Assembly: GCA_048128005.1 (NCBI GenBank)
Contig: JBEUKZ010000069.1
Span: 1 to 64,000, forward strand
Source: Veleropilina oligotropha
Taxonomy: Eukaryota
Direction of reading: 5' to 3'
DNA: 64,000 bases
Positions within the stretch are counted from its first letter, which is position 1. The number at the start of each line of letters is the position of its first letter. Position numbers and translations under genes: made by a program. A model generated the notes under the pieces. The model worked only from the letters and a program-made list of their open reading frames with translations, was not told the origin of the DNA and made no database searches. Shown here piece by piece: positions 27,186 through 40,726 of the stretch.

Positions 27186-28272
27186 GGCTAGGTACCGAAG
27201 TCCTGCACCCCCCCATGATCCTCCGAGGGTGGTATCATTTTGTTCAAGGGACTCATACGAATGAAAATAGCCATGTTTCCATCAATTATGGGCCATTTTC
27301 AAAATGGCCGCCATCGAAAAATCACGATTACAAGAAAAGCACAGTATTTTGCTGTTATTCCATATAAATTGTTCGTATAATAGCGATTAATAATAAAGAT
27401 ACATGTTTAGAAGTGTTTATAAACATGTTTATATCAATTTTTGGGGATACGCTAGGCATTATGGGTAATTTTCCAAATGGCCGCTATCGAAAAATGGAAT
27501 AATTGAAGAAAGACACCATATTTTGCTGTTATCCTAAATATATTGTTGTGTAGTAGGGATTTATAATAATAATAAATGTTTAGAAGTATTTATTGACATG
27601 TTCACATCAATTTATTTAGGCTGCGTTATGCATTATGGGATTTTTTCAAAATGGCCGCCAAGATCGACAAGTGAAGAATACAAGAAAAGCATAAAATGTT
27701 TTTTTATTCCGTATCTAATGTAGAGTATTAAATATTTATAATAAATATAAATGCTTAAAAGTAAATGTAGACATATTCGCATCAATTTAATTATTGACTG
27801 TGCTGTGCATTATGGGATATTTTCAAAATGGCCTCCATAACAAATAATAAAATTCCAGAAAAGCACCACATTTTGTCATTATTAGAATTTTGTCCAGTGT
27901 GTTATGTACTTTCGTTTTTATTTTTTGGAGATTTGCAAACCAATACAGAATTTTAAAACCAATGTTTGCATTTGAACCGATACCGTTATGGCGGCCATTT
28001 TGAATTTCAAGATGGCCGCCATTTGGAATAATTTGTTTAGCATAATACAGCCACAATATCAACAAATAATTTAGTTTTAGAGTTTAAATGTATATTATTA
28101 TGATGAAAACATTACATAGCAACATATGTCTGAATAATATACATATATTACAGAACAGATGCCGGTCTTTGTAGTGTGTGATATGATATGGTCTTCACTG
28201 TATTATGAAGATAATTCTGTATTATGAAGATACATCTAAAGTTTTTGTATTACATCACACAACATTAACTAT

Positions 28273-28721
28273 AACAAGAACGACGCGTTCGAAATATGTC
28301 TTGACCTTTCTTTATTTCCCTCGAATTTTCATAACAGTTAATACAATGGCTAAGTGCAAGTACTTCATGGCTTAATTTACTACCCCGTCGATTGTGACGT
28401 CACCAAATGACGATTAATCTAAAGCGACGTCGTAATGACGTCATTGCTATTTGCTTGCAATATTAGACATCCGTTATATACAAATATGGATAAAAGTGCT
28501 CAATAAATGCATATTTTTGCAAAATTGTGTCGCGAAAGTTACAAATACTCTTGGGAATGTGTGTACCAATTTTGGTGAAAATTGAGCGGTAGTTTTCAAA
28601 TAAATCGACGGATATATATATATAAGTATATAAGTATATAAGTATATATGTATATATGTATATACACACGGACCATTTGATAATGTCTTGTCCTTTTTTA
28701 CAAAAAGGTCAAGACATAAAA
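28273..28721 (-). mobile_element. HINE/DINE-1-like element, copy 3 (inverted)
   Basis: Reverse complement of 12150-12605 with small indels. Confidence 0.8.
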
Positions 28722-29086
28722 ATGGTGAAGTGGTGAATAGCGTATCATGAGAGGAGATACAGTATATTCCAATAATAGTATATATCCTCCTAAAACACAA
28801 AGCCATTGAAATTTTATATGTCCATGCTGAATTGTCGAAAAATATTTTGTGTATTTGTTTTGACTCTGACCGCTTCCGCCTAAATAATGTAATAGGCTAT
28901 AGGAGCTATAAGCTTGTGCCAATAAACATATTCAATTCAATACCGATGGAGTATCATACCGGGGGTATAGTACCGCAGAGTGAAAACATTATATTGAGTA
29001 GGCCTTCCAGTATGTGTTGGTCATAAGATTCAAGCACGATTCAACGGATAGACAGGCAGAGCCAATGACGCACATTGTTTGGTTAA

Positions 29087-29231
29087 TTAGTTGAGCCGTG
29101 TAAACGGAGCAACTATTGTATTGAGGCTGTCTGTCTGTCTGTCTGTGTGTGTGGTGTATGTCCGCGATGACTATGCCATTTGAGAGTGAGCATTGCGGCT
29201 CAACTATACGTCATCGCGGACTCGCTTGTTT
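29087..29231 (+). mobile_element. Minimal HINE-like element
   Basis: TAGTTGAGCCG subTIR, (CTGT)n, 3' CGGCTCAACTA, ending CTTGTTTT. Confidence 0.5.
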
Positions 29232-30723
29232 TCATGTTTTATCAATTTAGATAGTTCCACGTGTGGTTTGAGTCCACACAAAGAACTTGGATTATATTTA
29301 TAAACTATCTTGTCGGATGCGTGAAAATATCAGAAATGTATCATTTGCACGATCAAGTCGCATGGATGTGTTGTGTACAATATTACAAAGTTATTACACA
29401 TTATAGTGTACAGTATGTGGATTAAATGTACGAGTTCAGGTTGTGGTGAATAGTGTTATTGGACGAGACGCTACATTTTCCACGCAACCTGACCCAGTCT
29501 GTCATTGGATGTTCTGATCTATTGATTAAATCATCCAATTAAGTTACAAGAAAGTCGTAATACACGTGTTAATTACCATTTAGTACACACTTTGACACTA
29601 TACAAAAGAGCCCGTTAGAAAACGGATTCATCCCCCGCAATCCTCAATAACTCTGATATAAACTTAAACCAAATTTGTTATGGCCCAACACAATAAGTTT
29701 CTGCAATAGTTATACAAAATATTATTCAATATCATTCCTAAAGTAAAATGTGGCATTAATATATGCATCAACAAATAATATATATGCAATAATGGAACAG
29801 AACGGAAATTCACCCAACTTTAGCCAAAAAATATATGCCCACAAACAGTAATTCCACATGCTCTGTATATTATAAATCACTAGCAGATGAGGGATCAGCA
29901 TCAATATAGTAAACACTAAAGTATATGGATGCAAAACATTGCCTAGAACAACCCATATGCCTATTGAAAAATTTAAATACAAATTTAACCAAAATTTATA
30001 TGTCCACAAACACCTATTTGTATTCAATAATTATATTAAATTTAATTCAGCATCACTTCCATACTATCAGTTGACATCCCTATTAGCAATACCAAAGCAT
30101 ATATACACCAAAATGTTGTTTCAATAACCCATATTCACTCCTTGAAAAACTTTAACCAGGAACTTTAACCAAAATGTATATGTTAAAAAACATCGACATT
30201 TATGCAATAATGATATTACATTATATTAAATCTCACTTCCAGAGTACCAGGTGTCATCCATATAACGCCTACAAAAGCATATATATGCTAAAAGTATCAT
30301 GGGCAAGCTATATACACTCAATTCGAAACTTTAACCAAATTGTTCACGTACGTACGGACGGACATAGCAACAACACTTACTGGATTATATCGATGACAAA
30401 GTATTAATTGAATTGTACAATACATTTGTAAATAACAGATTGATCGCTATTCGAGGGAATTACTAGCTAATTAAATGGAGTTTGTAATTTACAATGAACT
30501 ACCGAATTGAAGTTTAAAGACCACGCCAATAGTATTTCAGTAATAAATCGGGTCAATCAACTTTAATCGATGAAATGAAGTGTTGCTGTGTGCAATGGAG
30601 GCAGCGATCATTGGAAAAATCATCGGCATTCCAATGGCTTGAACCCGTGACATCCCGTTTAGTAGACCAGCACCGTAGCTACTCGGCCATGCTGCCCCCA
30701 TAAAATATCGAAATAACTTACCA

Positions 30724-30812
30724 CTAATGATTTCATTGGTCAATATTCGACCCAACTGTTTGGAGAAACATTATGAACCGTTGGGTCGAATATTGACCAA
30801 TGAAATCATTAG
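30724..30812. repeat. Perfect 33-bp inverted repeat with 23-nt spacer
   Basis: CTAATGATTTCATTGGTCAATATTCGACCCAAC / GTTGGGTCGAATATTGACCAATGAAATCATTAG. Confidence 0.92.
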
Positions 30813-33800
30813 GTGAAATGTCAATTTCAAGGGCGGAGTTTCAGGACGAGTTATCATGTGTCCCGTATAATATGTTGTTGTTTACAAGAGAGACTTGTTA
30901 GTAATTTGAGAGAGGTATGTAAGTTAATTTTTCAATATATTTTTTGTTGAACAACCTAGTTATCGATACGTGTGAGTGCTAAATAGGCGTAATTTGCAAT
31001 TTAGTCGTCGTTCTATCAAGTCGAGTACATAATACGCTTTCCTTAGTGTCCTCCATTGTCTATATTATATAGTAACAATGAACTGCGCTAATCGTCAAAC
31101 GGAAACAGACGAACGATAAGCGGAGTTACATGCCCCTGTGTTCTGAAATATTATCTGTGACGAGGTGTTCATTTGCCGTCCAATATTATAATAAATTGCG
31201 CACGTTAATTTCCAAATTGTCCAACGATAATAACAACAAGCACAGAATGTGTGCAATAACCTGCGTCATAAGCAAAATTTCTACTGTGAAACATGTGTGA
31301 TACATATAATACAGACCATGTTTCTGTATGATTTCATAGAATTCACAAATTGGTTTTCAAGAGTTACGCCCCTTTGACAGACTTACTTAACTATAATAAA
31401 GTTGATTAATTATAATTTAATAAAGTATGCAAAATCTTAAAATGTTTAACTGTTATACCTCTTTTACTACTGTGAAACATGTGTGATACATATAATACAG
31501 ACCACGTTTCTGTATGATTTAATATTTATTCATCAAAGAGGCTGTCATGGTAGATGACAATTCTGTTAGGCAGCATCTCTCAATTCATACATCAAGTGGT
31601 CATGCACTTTTTTCAAATTGGCTTGTTGTCGAAGTCGCCTAAAAGGTGGAATATCTGGTTGAAATCATTTCAAAATTGTCTTCCCCCCAAGAAGAACAAC
31701 AAGAACAACAACAACAACTTACATGTACCATTCATTGACCCTGCTAGACGCAGGTAAAAACGACACTGGGGAAAATACATGTTATGTAATGAAGAAAACT
31801 GGTTGTATCCTCAGTTCATGCCTATACTGATTAATGTCTGCCGCTTATATGATTATAGGCAGCAGCGCATTGACAACTTAAATTTTGACGGACAAGATAA
31901 CGCGCGCAAGGGTAATTTGTATATATTTTGTTATATATTATAATTATATTGTGCAATGTAACCACGAATTCTGAAAAGCTAATAAAAATCTATCTATCTC
32001 CGTGCGTGTAGCGTTTTCATTTTGTTGTTTATATAAGCATTTCCAGCCCTTCTTCCACACAAATATGATAAACTATATACAATATCTAAGATGAGACTGA
32101 CAATGCTTTGCTCCTTATTCTTAGGTATTGTCATCCCTCCTTTGGTCGATGATATTACCCTGTCAAACTAGGTCAAATAAGATGCGCTTTCAAATTCAAG
32201 GAATATTATCTGAATACGTACACAACTGGACAAAGTATGACATGTTAAGCAGACATGTCACATCATTCACGGCAATGTATAACTTGAATATATAATTTAT
32301 AGCGAGCACGCAGTGCGAACTTTCACACTAACCTGTATACGAGAAAGACAGAACGGATTTAAAGGGCAGATAACTCCACAACATACTATGAATTAAAAAT
32401 CGATGTTACTATGGCCGTCTTCGATACTCAAACCTTTGACTATGGTCGCAGGTTTGACGTCATTCGGATCGGCTTCGGTGATCTCCGACATACATCGAAA
32501 CCAGCTGGCGATATTTGCCCGCCTTATTCAGACGAGTTCACTTTGCAAAACAAGAGAGGTAGTACAGCATTAATTGTTCTGTTGTACATTCGTTCCATGC
32601 ACAGTGTAATTATATTCGACGAATTTTATGCCAAGAGCAAAAAGGAATATATTTGAAAACTGTAAAAAAGTGTTTAATATTAAATAGTTTCTTGTCGTTT
32701 TATTCGAATGACGTAAATGTGTTTATTTCGTACACAATTCAATAGGTACGGTGTCTGTTTTAAGACATGGGATTATTTTTTCGTAGCCACGAAATAAGTA
32801 GTGTATATCAGTGGAATTTACATTTTTGCATGTCTGTAGCCCATAGCACACAGCACCTGTCTGACCGGATTGTCCCCACTACAGTGCGACTAAAATTGTT
32901 ACAGTATGGCCTTAAACCTAACCGATTTAAATGGAATACATTGTTTTCATTGCGTTCGCCGAATATATTACAGGAAACGAGACCGCGTAGCCTACTTTAT
33001 TTCGAGGCAACGCGATCCTTACGGCTATTTTCATTTATACCACCCCAAATTTATACTAAAGGCAAATGCAGCTTGCGATAAGATACACGTGATGGGTACG
33101 TAGTTGTATTGGCTTTACAAACGTACATACACCGGACCGCCCCGTGAGCCTGGACTGACAGAGGTTCACCTGTTGATAGTCCCCATGGATTTCACAGTTA
33201 GATCCATTCATTTCCAATTGACCTAGTTGCAGCACAGTTGCGTGGTTTCTGCTCGTCAAGTAAAATAGCTTTCTACTTGACAATAACATATATGGATCTT
33301 TATTGCATGTATCAAACAGTACGGTATCATACTTATATTGTTATGGATGAATACACATTTGGTATTATTATTCCAATCTATAATTTGTCAATTTGAAAAT
33401 TTGGGGTCGTATAAAGGAAAAGATCCATACGTACTTCATGGTCACGCAATACTTATATCCCGGCCACGCAATGTGATTTCGACGCCACTCAACATAATTT
33501 TGTGGCAACGAAATAAATAGTAAAATAAAATCCGATGTCCTAAACCAGCCACCGTAAATAATAGGATACTAGGTCACAATTAACACATTTGCTGGATAAT
33601 TTGCATATTGCAAGAAACATGGCGACAATGAGAACGGCGCATCGCCTCTAGCCTTGATCTACAACGCGTCATCAATACGTGTGTTGCGTACTATGCTTTG
33701 CTTTGCCAGGTAATACGGGCAGGGAAGACTCCACGCCAGCCGAATAATAAAATGACCATGGCATGCACGACATCCAGAAAGAGGAAGGCGTACAGTGATG

Positions 33801-34247
33801 CCGATCATTCATATTGTTCGAAAACGGTTACGGTGGAACCAGAGATCTCGACTGAAGTTGCTGTTGTACCATTGGTTACATCTGTTAATAATACTGCGTC
33901 AAGTTCTACATGTGCTGTAAGTTTTAAAAGCGTATGCATGAAATAATAGTTAACTGATTTGATTGTGTGAAAGGCCGCACAGATAGCGGCTAAGCTGATT
34001 GGATAAAAGTGCCAACTCCACTCATTGAATATTGCCATTAATATTAGCACGGATTATGGAAATAAATCTGCTATATCAACCTATTTAATTTCAAATTAAT
34101 ACTATATGTTTAGCATTGATTACATTTAATCTCTTTCGGGAAACAAGTTCCCAAGCATCTCAAACAGAGACACATGCAATTTCATCTGGTGTTAAAGAAC
34201 AAGTCCATCTTAAGCTAGAAGTCTTAGCATAACAAAACAAGATTTCT

Positions 34248-35221
34248 ATGATCGAAAATAATATTCCAAAGCAAGTCAGTTCATGTGAGCACTTCAATCT
34301 CGAAAAATGTATGCAAGATGATAAAACTAAATTCTACACTGGCTTATCTAGTGCTAACTTCGAATGCCTTTGGAATTTCTTGGGGCAATCAGTCTTTAAG
34401 CTCCATAGAGTTAATGAGGATAGGTCGCACGAAAATGCAAACAAGAGTCCTAGTAAGCTACCAGGGCCATCTCGCAAGCTCACACCTAGAAATGAGTTAT
34501 TTTTAACGCTAGTTCGTCTGCGATTAGGTTTATTGAACGAAGACCTTGGATATCGTTTTGGAATCAGCAGTAGACTGGTTAGTTCCATAATAACATCATG
34601 GGTGCAACTTATGTTTCAGCAATTCAATGCTATAAGAAAATATATGTACCCTACTCGACAGATCGTCCAAAGGCATATGCCGAATTGTTTCAGGAAAATG
34701 AAAAGCACTCGCGTAATCATTGATGCATCTGAATTTTATACGGAAACGCCACGGCATTATACACAGCAAGGGAACATGTACTCGTCGTACAAAAATCACA
34801 GTACATTAAAGTTGTTAATTGGAATGCTCCAAGTGGAGCAATTAGTTTCTTGTCTGATGTTTTTGAGGGTGCCATATCTGACAGTGAACTTTTTATCCAA
34901 AGTGGATTGCTTCAACTGATTGAACACGGAGACCTCGTCTTAGCAGACAGGGGTTTTACCATTGCAGACCTTTTACTGGAGAAAGGTGCTAGTTTGAATA
35001 TTCCCCCGTTTTTGCAAGGACGTGCCAGACTAACTACATCAGAAGAAGCGAAAACGAAACTCCTCGCAAAGCTGATAATTCATGTGGAGCGGGAATTTGA
35101 ACGAATTAAGAAATTTAAAATTCTGAAGCGGATAATTCCATTGAATATCCTGCCCATATTCTCTCAAATGGTTTTTGTTGTTACATGCCTGGGTAATTTC
35201 CAAGAACCACTTGTGAGGTAA
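34248..35221 (+). pseudogene. ISL2EU-type DDE transposase, copy B; frameshift at ~34825; upstream exons decayed
   Basis: FYTGL, ELFLTLVRLRLG..EDLGYRFGIS, IIDASE, YSSYKNHSTLK, (frameshift) APSGAISFLS, LADRGF, IHVER. Confidence 0.88.
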
Positions 35222-36096
35222 TACAACTTGTCAATGGTGAAGTGAGCATGTGCCGATTCACCTCTTTTTGCTTCTTGTGCGTGTAAAAAACTTCACCCGT
35301 TTATTATTATTATCCCTTATTGTATTCTTGCTACACTTGTATTATAATAATGATATTATAATATTGTCATTTGATAAATTAATATTTTTGTAATCAGTGT
35401 TTCAGTCTTGAATGTATCATGTATGGATATAGAAGTTCAAGGTTCTGGCCGTCCATAACTGACAGACACGTGTGGATTTCACCGAATATTCCATGTTTTC
35501 CGTTCACAATAATATGAATATACTGCTGGAATAATATACATTGTTATACACTGGGAGAGTTCAAGGTTGATTGAACGCATTTCTGTTCGATGCTCAATAT
35601 CTTTTTTTTTACCAATCCATCGGATTCATACTTAGGCGTGTTCATATTATCGTGGGAGGAAAGTCAAGTCGCCAGGGAAAACTCGCCTTCTCCGGTCATT
35701 TATTTACAACTGTGACTGGTAACGAACAAAGAATGCTATTGCCTCGACCGAGATTCAAACTCATGGTTAGACAGAGTAGTGAATTATATTTCAAATCGGT
35801 CACTGTAATTAACGATAACCAGTGGTGGAGTGTGGATTAAGCAGTGATTTCTGTCTATGAAAATATGAACATAGCCAATGTGACTTTAATTTGTTGTCGA
35901 GCAAGAAAATATGTATATTGTGTATATATATAGCTGCATTAAAATGAGTGCAACACAAGCATTTTAAATGATTAATAATAATATTTTATATACATATAAT
36001 AATTTATACATTGTGTCGGCATATGAACATGTATACAACACCCCGTAACTGAGGCAATTTACGTCATGGAAATCATTCTAAGCAACATTGGCTGGT

Positions 36097-38434
36097 TTAA
36101 TCACAGATTTGTGCCGCTACTGACAAGAGCTTTCTCTCCAATTCCAAGTCCAGCACCTTTAAATGACGCACTGACCTCATCTCAAAATATTCTGGCACCA
36201 TTATATTGACATGATATTGAACAAGTTTGTAACAAACATCATTCCAAAAAGCTGAATCAAAGCTGATTCTTTCGACGCTAACTTATGTTGGTGTCCAGAC
36301 AACAAAGTCACACCAGTTATTTTTACAAATGCCCATTTGCATTTTCACCTGGAAATAATATTTATGATTGGTTTTCAATACCAGTTTTCCACATTCGAAC
36401 GTACAGAAGAAATTTATCTTTTGAACTCTTAAGTTTGACAGGTGCATCATGAAAAGTAACATTTTCAAGCAGTTTCGGGCATTTGATTTCTGCAAGACCT
36501 ACAGTCATTTGGCATACCTGGATCTATAACTATCAGGTCTGGGCTTGCCCCTAACTGTGGATAATCAGGATTAATCCAAAAGCCTGTTTCCTCTGTCTGA
36601 AAATTAATGTGAACCTTTTTCATTTCACCTTCATACGTTTCAGCAGCAATCGATTCATTTTCTCTTCCATACTTGATTGCGATCACCGTGTGTAAATCAT
36701 TTACGTCCCAAAGCAAAAGTTTTGTTAGTTTGTCAATGCCGCGACGTGTAACTTGTGAAACGTCTTTGCAGATAGATGCAGTTATCCTGCCATAGCGAAT
36801 TATATGCCATTCGTCGTTGATATGCTGACCTTCAGTACCTTGCACTTCAAATGGTTCAGATCTGCCATTTGCTATGTTCGCTAAATTTGAAACGAATAAA
36901 TGAGACAAGGTGTCCAAAACACAAATCTCAAATCTCATAGTCATCGTAGGTAATTTCCGGTAATGTCTGCCACATGGTGTGTGTTCCTGACGGATCATGG
37001 GCATTCATCAGTTCACGGACAAACTGATTAATCATGCCATCATGAGAGTCGACAACTTGTAATGTGGGTGGCCTCGGATCCAACGACTGAACATCCATAA
37101 CACTCTTACGTCTACGTTTGGGGTTCTTCGTTAAGGAATAATTAATTTATATGAATACTTTCGGTTCTTTCCGGCTCGTTCTCCCTTTGTTCCATTCACA
37201 AAGCTTGTTTGTACAGGATACAGGCGAATATCCAAATGTGGCGATGAAATCTTCAAGTGCGATTAATACAGCAGCTACATGCGCACAACGACCCAAAGCT
37301 GAAGCCTTGCAAACACATGACGCATCTTTAATCACACCAGATACATCAGAAATGGTGATAGTGACATCATAGTCTACTTGCGAATAAGACGCTTGTAGTT
37401 TAGCTTTCACAAAGTAGAAATTTCCTTTCTTGCAATCAAACAAAGATTTCACATGCCCACTTTTAAACAAAGTGTCTCCCTTTGTTAATAGCTTGACAGT
37501 GTGAATATCTTCACCATCGTCGCTATCCATGGCATCGTTCACAACCGCTGTTTCAATCATGTAATGATACGTGCTGCCATGGTTGAAGAACTCGGGCAAA
37601 TTAACAGATGGGAATATTTTCTACCCCAGAACTGGCATAAATGGAACGTCGTTGCACGACTTCGACTTGTTGGACTGATGATCTTTGACCTTTTTATCAT
37701 ACCATTTACCACCATCAATGCTTGGCACAATGCCATATGTGCCCACATCTACTGCATCTTGACATCTATAATTAACAAATAAAAAAATATTAACATAAAA
37801 TACCAATAATAATTGACTTCAAAGTTTCTTTACACTTAATATTTTTAAATTTAATGACTTATCAATACTGATAACTATGACAACCACTGACCAGTCATTT
37901 AAGACTGAAAAATTGTTGGCGTGGTCGTTAAACATCATTCACCCATGCTAATTTATGCCCAAATATATAACTTAATTATAGGCCTACAATAATAAATAAG
38001 TCTACATGTCACGATTTTTCGTAGAAGTACGGGGACGGTACCGTAGGCCTACAGTTAATATGGAGATATTTTTTTACAAACAGTTACAAACACGTGTGAC
38101 GTACGTCATTACGGTTTCATGCCATAACATTTCGCGTATATTACATCCTTGTGGTCCCAAACATTTAATTAATAAATACAATACTTACCGGCTTTGAGCA
38201 ATAGGCCTAAGTTAAATAACTGGTTACAAGCAAAATAATATCGGCGTTATCGCGCATGGCTGCGTAACATTTGTTCTATTTACCTTTAATTATATCAGGT
38301 TTATTCCCTTTCGTCGGCAATCCACGACATTCGAGCCACCTCTTCAGTTGAACAAGAGAATGCTGGTCGACAAAATAATACGTAAATTTCGCCCCGGGCA
38401 CATCATTATCCGTCAGTTCAAGTACACTCGCCAT
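36097..38434 (-). pseudogene. ISL2EU ORF2, copy B: SAP-like + SWIM + YqaJ exonuclease; spliced (exon 1 38434-38284, exon 2 from 37765); stops and frameshifts
   Basis: LTDNDVPGAK...QLKRWLECRGLPTKGNKPDII (SAP-like); ASCVCKASALGRCAHVAAVL (SWIM); WHIIRYGRITAS, YGRENE, LGASPD, YYFQV, CDFVVWT (YqaJ); in-frame TAG at 37621. Confidence 0.85.
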
Positions 38435-38922
38435 TGTCAAATGGCATTGCTTTGTTCGAATTGCGATGTGTGCACATAAAGCGATGACGTCATCTCTGAT
38501 CGGTGCTGTTTAAAGGCTTGATTTACCCGCACACACCGCCATGGAACGTTCCACTCTCTTGACCCAGCTTGTTTTAATAAGAATTGCTGATTGAAATCCA
38601 GAAGGTGTGTCATGCATATTCACTGCTAATAACTCGAATTTTCTTATTGGAGTTGACAGTTCACGTGATCATATTTATGTCAATGAACCAGACCAGAGGA
38701 ACTTTTGTAAACCGTACTTTTCGACTCTGGTCGCTTTTTCAATCGTTTCGAGATAAATTTAGTCATACGTTATCGAGTTGTAACAGAGCGAACATCGACG
38801 AGAGTAGACGACGAGTGAACTTTGTGTCGGAGAATTCACGGGCAATACCGATAACATCCAAAACAATGCCGAAACTGCCTACGGAAACGAACGAAAGCCT
38901 AATTATAATATTTAAGAACCAG

Positions 38923-39238
38923 GGGCGCGTTGTATATCGACAGCGCTGTCCAGCGCAGGACAGCGGTTATGTAATCAAAAGATCGGCAATAGTCGTCGAT
39001 CTCACCAGTTGGCAGCGAATATGCAGCAAAATGAATCATATAAAACTAGTCAAATGGTTTATATAAAACTAGTCAAATGGTTTATATAAAAGTAGTCAAA
39101 TGATTTATAAAAAATAGTTTTGATATCAATTATTTGGTAGTTGTTCTTGCCAACTGCTGAGAGCGGCGATCATTACCGTCTTTTGATTACGTAACCGCTG
39201 TCCAGCGCTGGACAGCGCTGTCGATATACAACGCGCCC
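38923..39238. mobile_element. MITE with ~60-bp TIRs and CAG TSD (Harbinger/PHIS-like)
   Basis: CAG|GGGCGCGTTGTATATCGACAGCGCTGTCCAGCGC ... GCGCTGGACAGCGCTGTCGATATACAACGCGCCC|CAG. Confidence 0.85.
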
Positions 39239-40032
39239 CAGACTAGAGTCTAAGGGCGAGTTCGATCACGACAATGTTCGACTATGGTCGCGGGTTCGGC
39301 GGCTTTCGGGGGAGCTTCGGTGATCTCCGATTAAAATCAGATATGCAAGAAAATTTGGTATTTAGACGAGTTCATTTTTAAAATATGGTGGGTAGACCAG
39401 CTTTTCTCGCGTTTTGTCCAGTTGCTCATTCTGTTCATGTACCAATCGCCATCTTCAACATAATGCAGTTTGATATATTATTGGCTACTCAAATACATTA
39501 AAAGTATATCTTATTTTATGCCAGGTGGTGGTGATAGTCAGGGGATTCGTTTGCAAATAATAGCTATATTTTTAGATTCCGATTTACATCGGGTCGTGCA
39601 TATAATGTAGGCGCTTCAAAGTTAATATAGTTTTAGGAAATAAAGTTCTCTTATATATTATGATTCTGTTCTTTAGGGACAAAGAGATTGTTGCTATATA
39701 TCGTCGACTCGACAATTGACCAATGGTAGGTGGTAACTACATATGCAAGCAGAGAGACCATTGCTTAAGTATTTGATGGAATTTATATATATTCGATGAT
39801 TTGTATGTCTTGATTTGCGGTCGTGGAAGTCGATATCTGTGTCGCGGTAGACAAGTTTTGATGCTTATTCTGTCTTCATCTTACATTGAAATTGTCCCAG
39901 AAACAGAGCAATAATCAAGGCTATATGACGTAGACTTTATTAGTTACAAAAATAATTTTAGTCGTTTTCTATTTGCTTTATACTTGAATGGTCTCATTTG
40001 TTTTACTGTAATGGAACAAGTTAATATATCAT

Positions 40033-40726
40033 TTATTGTCTCGCCCCGAAGGAAAGCGAGACTAAGGGATTGCTTTTTCCGGCGTTGTCTGCGTCGTCGT
40101 CGTCGGTGTCGTCGTGTCATCTTGGTTAAAGTTTTTCATTGAGTGCATATGACTTGCTCAAGGCACTTTTTGACATATATATGCTTTGTTATTGGTTGTA
40201 TGGATGTCACCTGATAGTCTGGCAGTGATATTGAATACATTTTAATATAATTAATGGAAATGTGGTGGTCTTTTGGGATATAGAAATTTAGGTGAACTTT
40301 AGGTTAAAGATTTATGGTTAAAGTTTTTCATCAAGTGTATATGGCTTGCTCAAGGCACTTTTTGGCATATATATGCTTTGTTAATGGTTGCATGGATGTC
40401 ACATGATACTCGGGTAGTAATATGAATTACATTTTTATTATAATTAATGAAAATAAAGTGGTGTTTGTGGACATTTTGTGGATATTGGGTACTAAAATCG
40501 CTTTTTGGAATATGTATGATTTGGTATTGTTTATATGGATATCACCTAATAGTCTGGCATTGATATGAAATAAAATTTCATATAATTGATGCATAACATT
40601 TATGTTTTTGGACTTCGAATTTTCGGCTAAATTTTTCAATGATTGCAAGTATGAGATGGTCAAAACACTTTTCTAGTAAATTCCTAAATACAATGGGGCT
40701 AGACATTTCGGACCGTGGTTCTTGTG
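40033..40726 (+). mobile_element. HINE-like element with internal repeats
   Basis: 5' TGTCTCGCCCC..GCGAGAC, (CGT)n, repeated ~180-bp units, 3' GGGGCTAGACA plus hairpin and CTTGT. Confidence 0.55.

Noticed and set aside
30615..30700. tRNA-like sequences (also ~56067-56110 and ~59238-59320)
   Set aside because: A/B-box-like heads without a complete cloverleaf; best read as SINE heads
32853..38512. ACAGCACC / GGTGCTGT as TIRs of ISL2EU copy B
   Set aside because: Only an 8-bp exact match and no matching TSD
32436..39410. Diverged direct repeats (~32436 and ~39280) as long terminal repeats of ISL2EU copy B
   Set aside because: Short, highly diverged and separated from the genes by other repeats; more likely two independent copies of a common repeat
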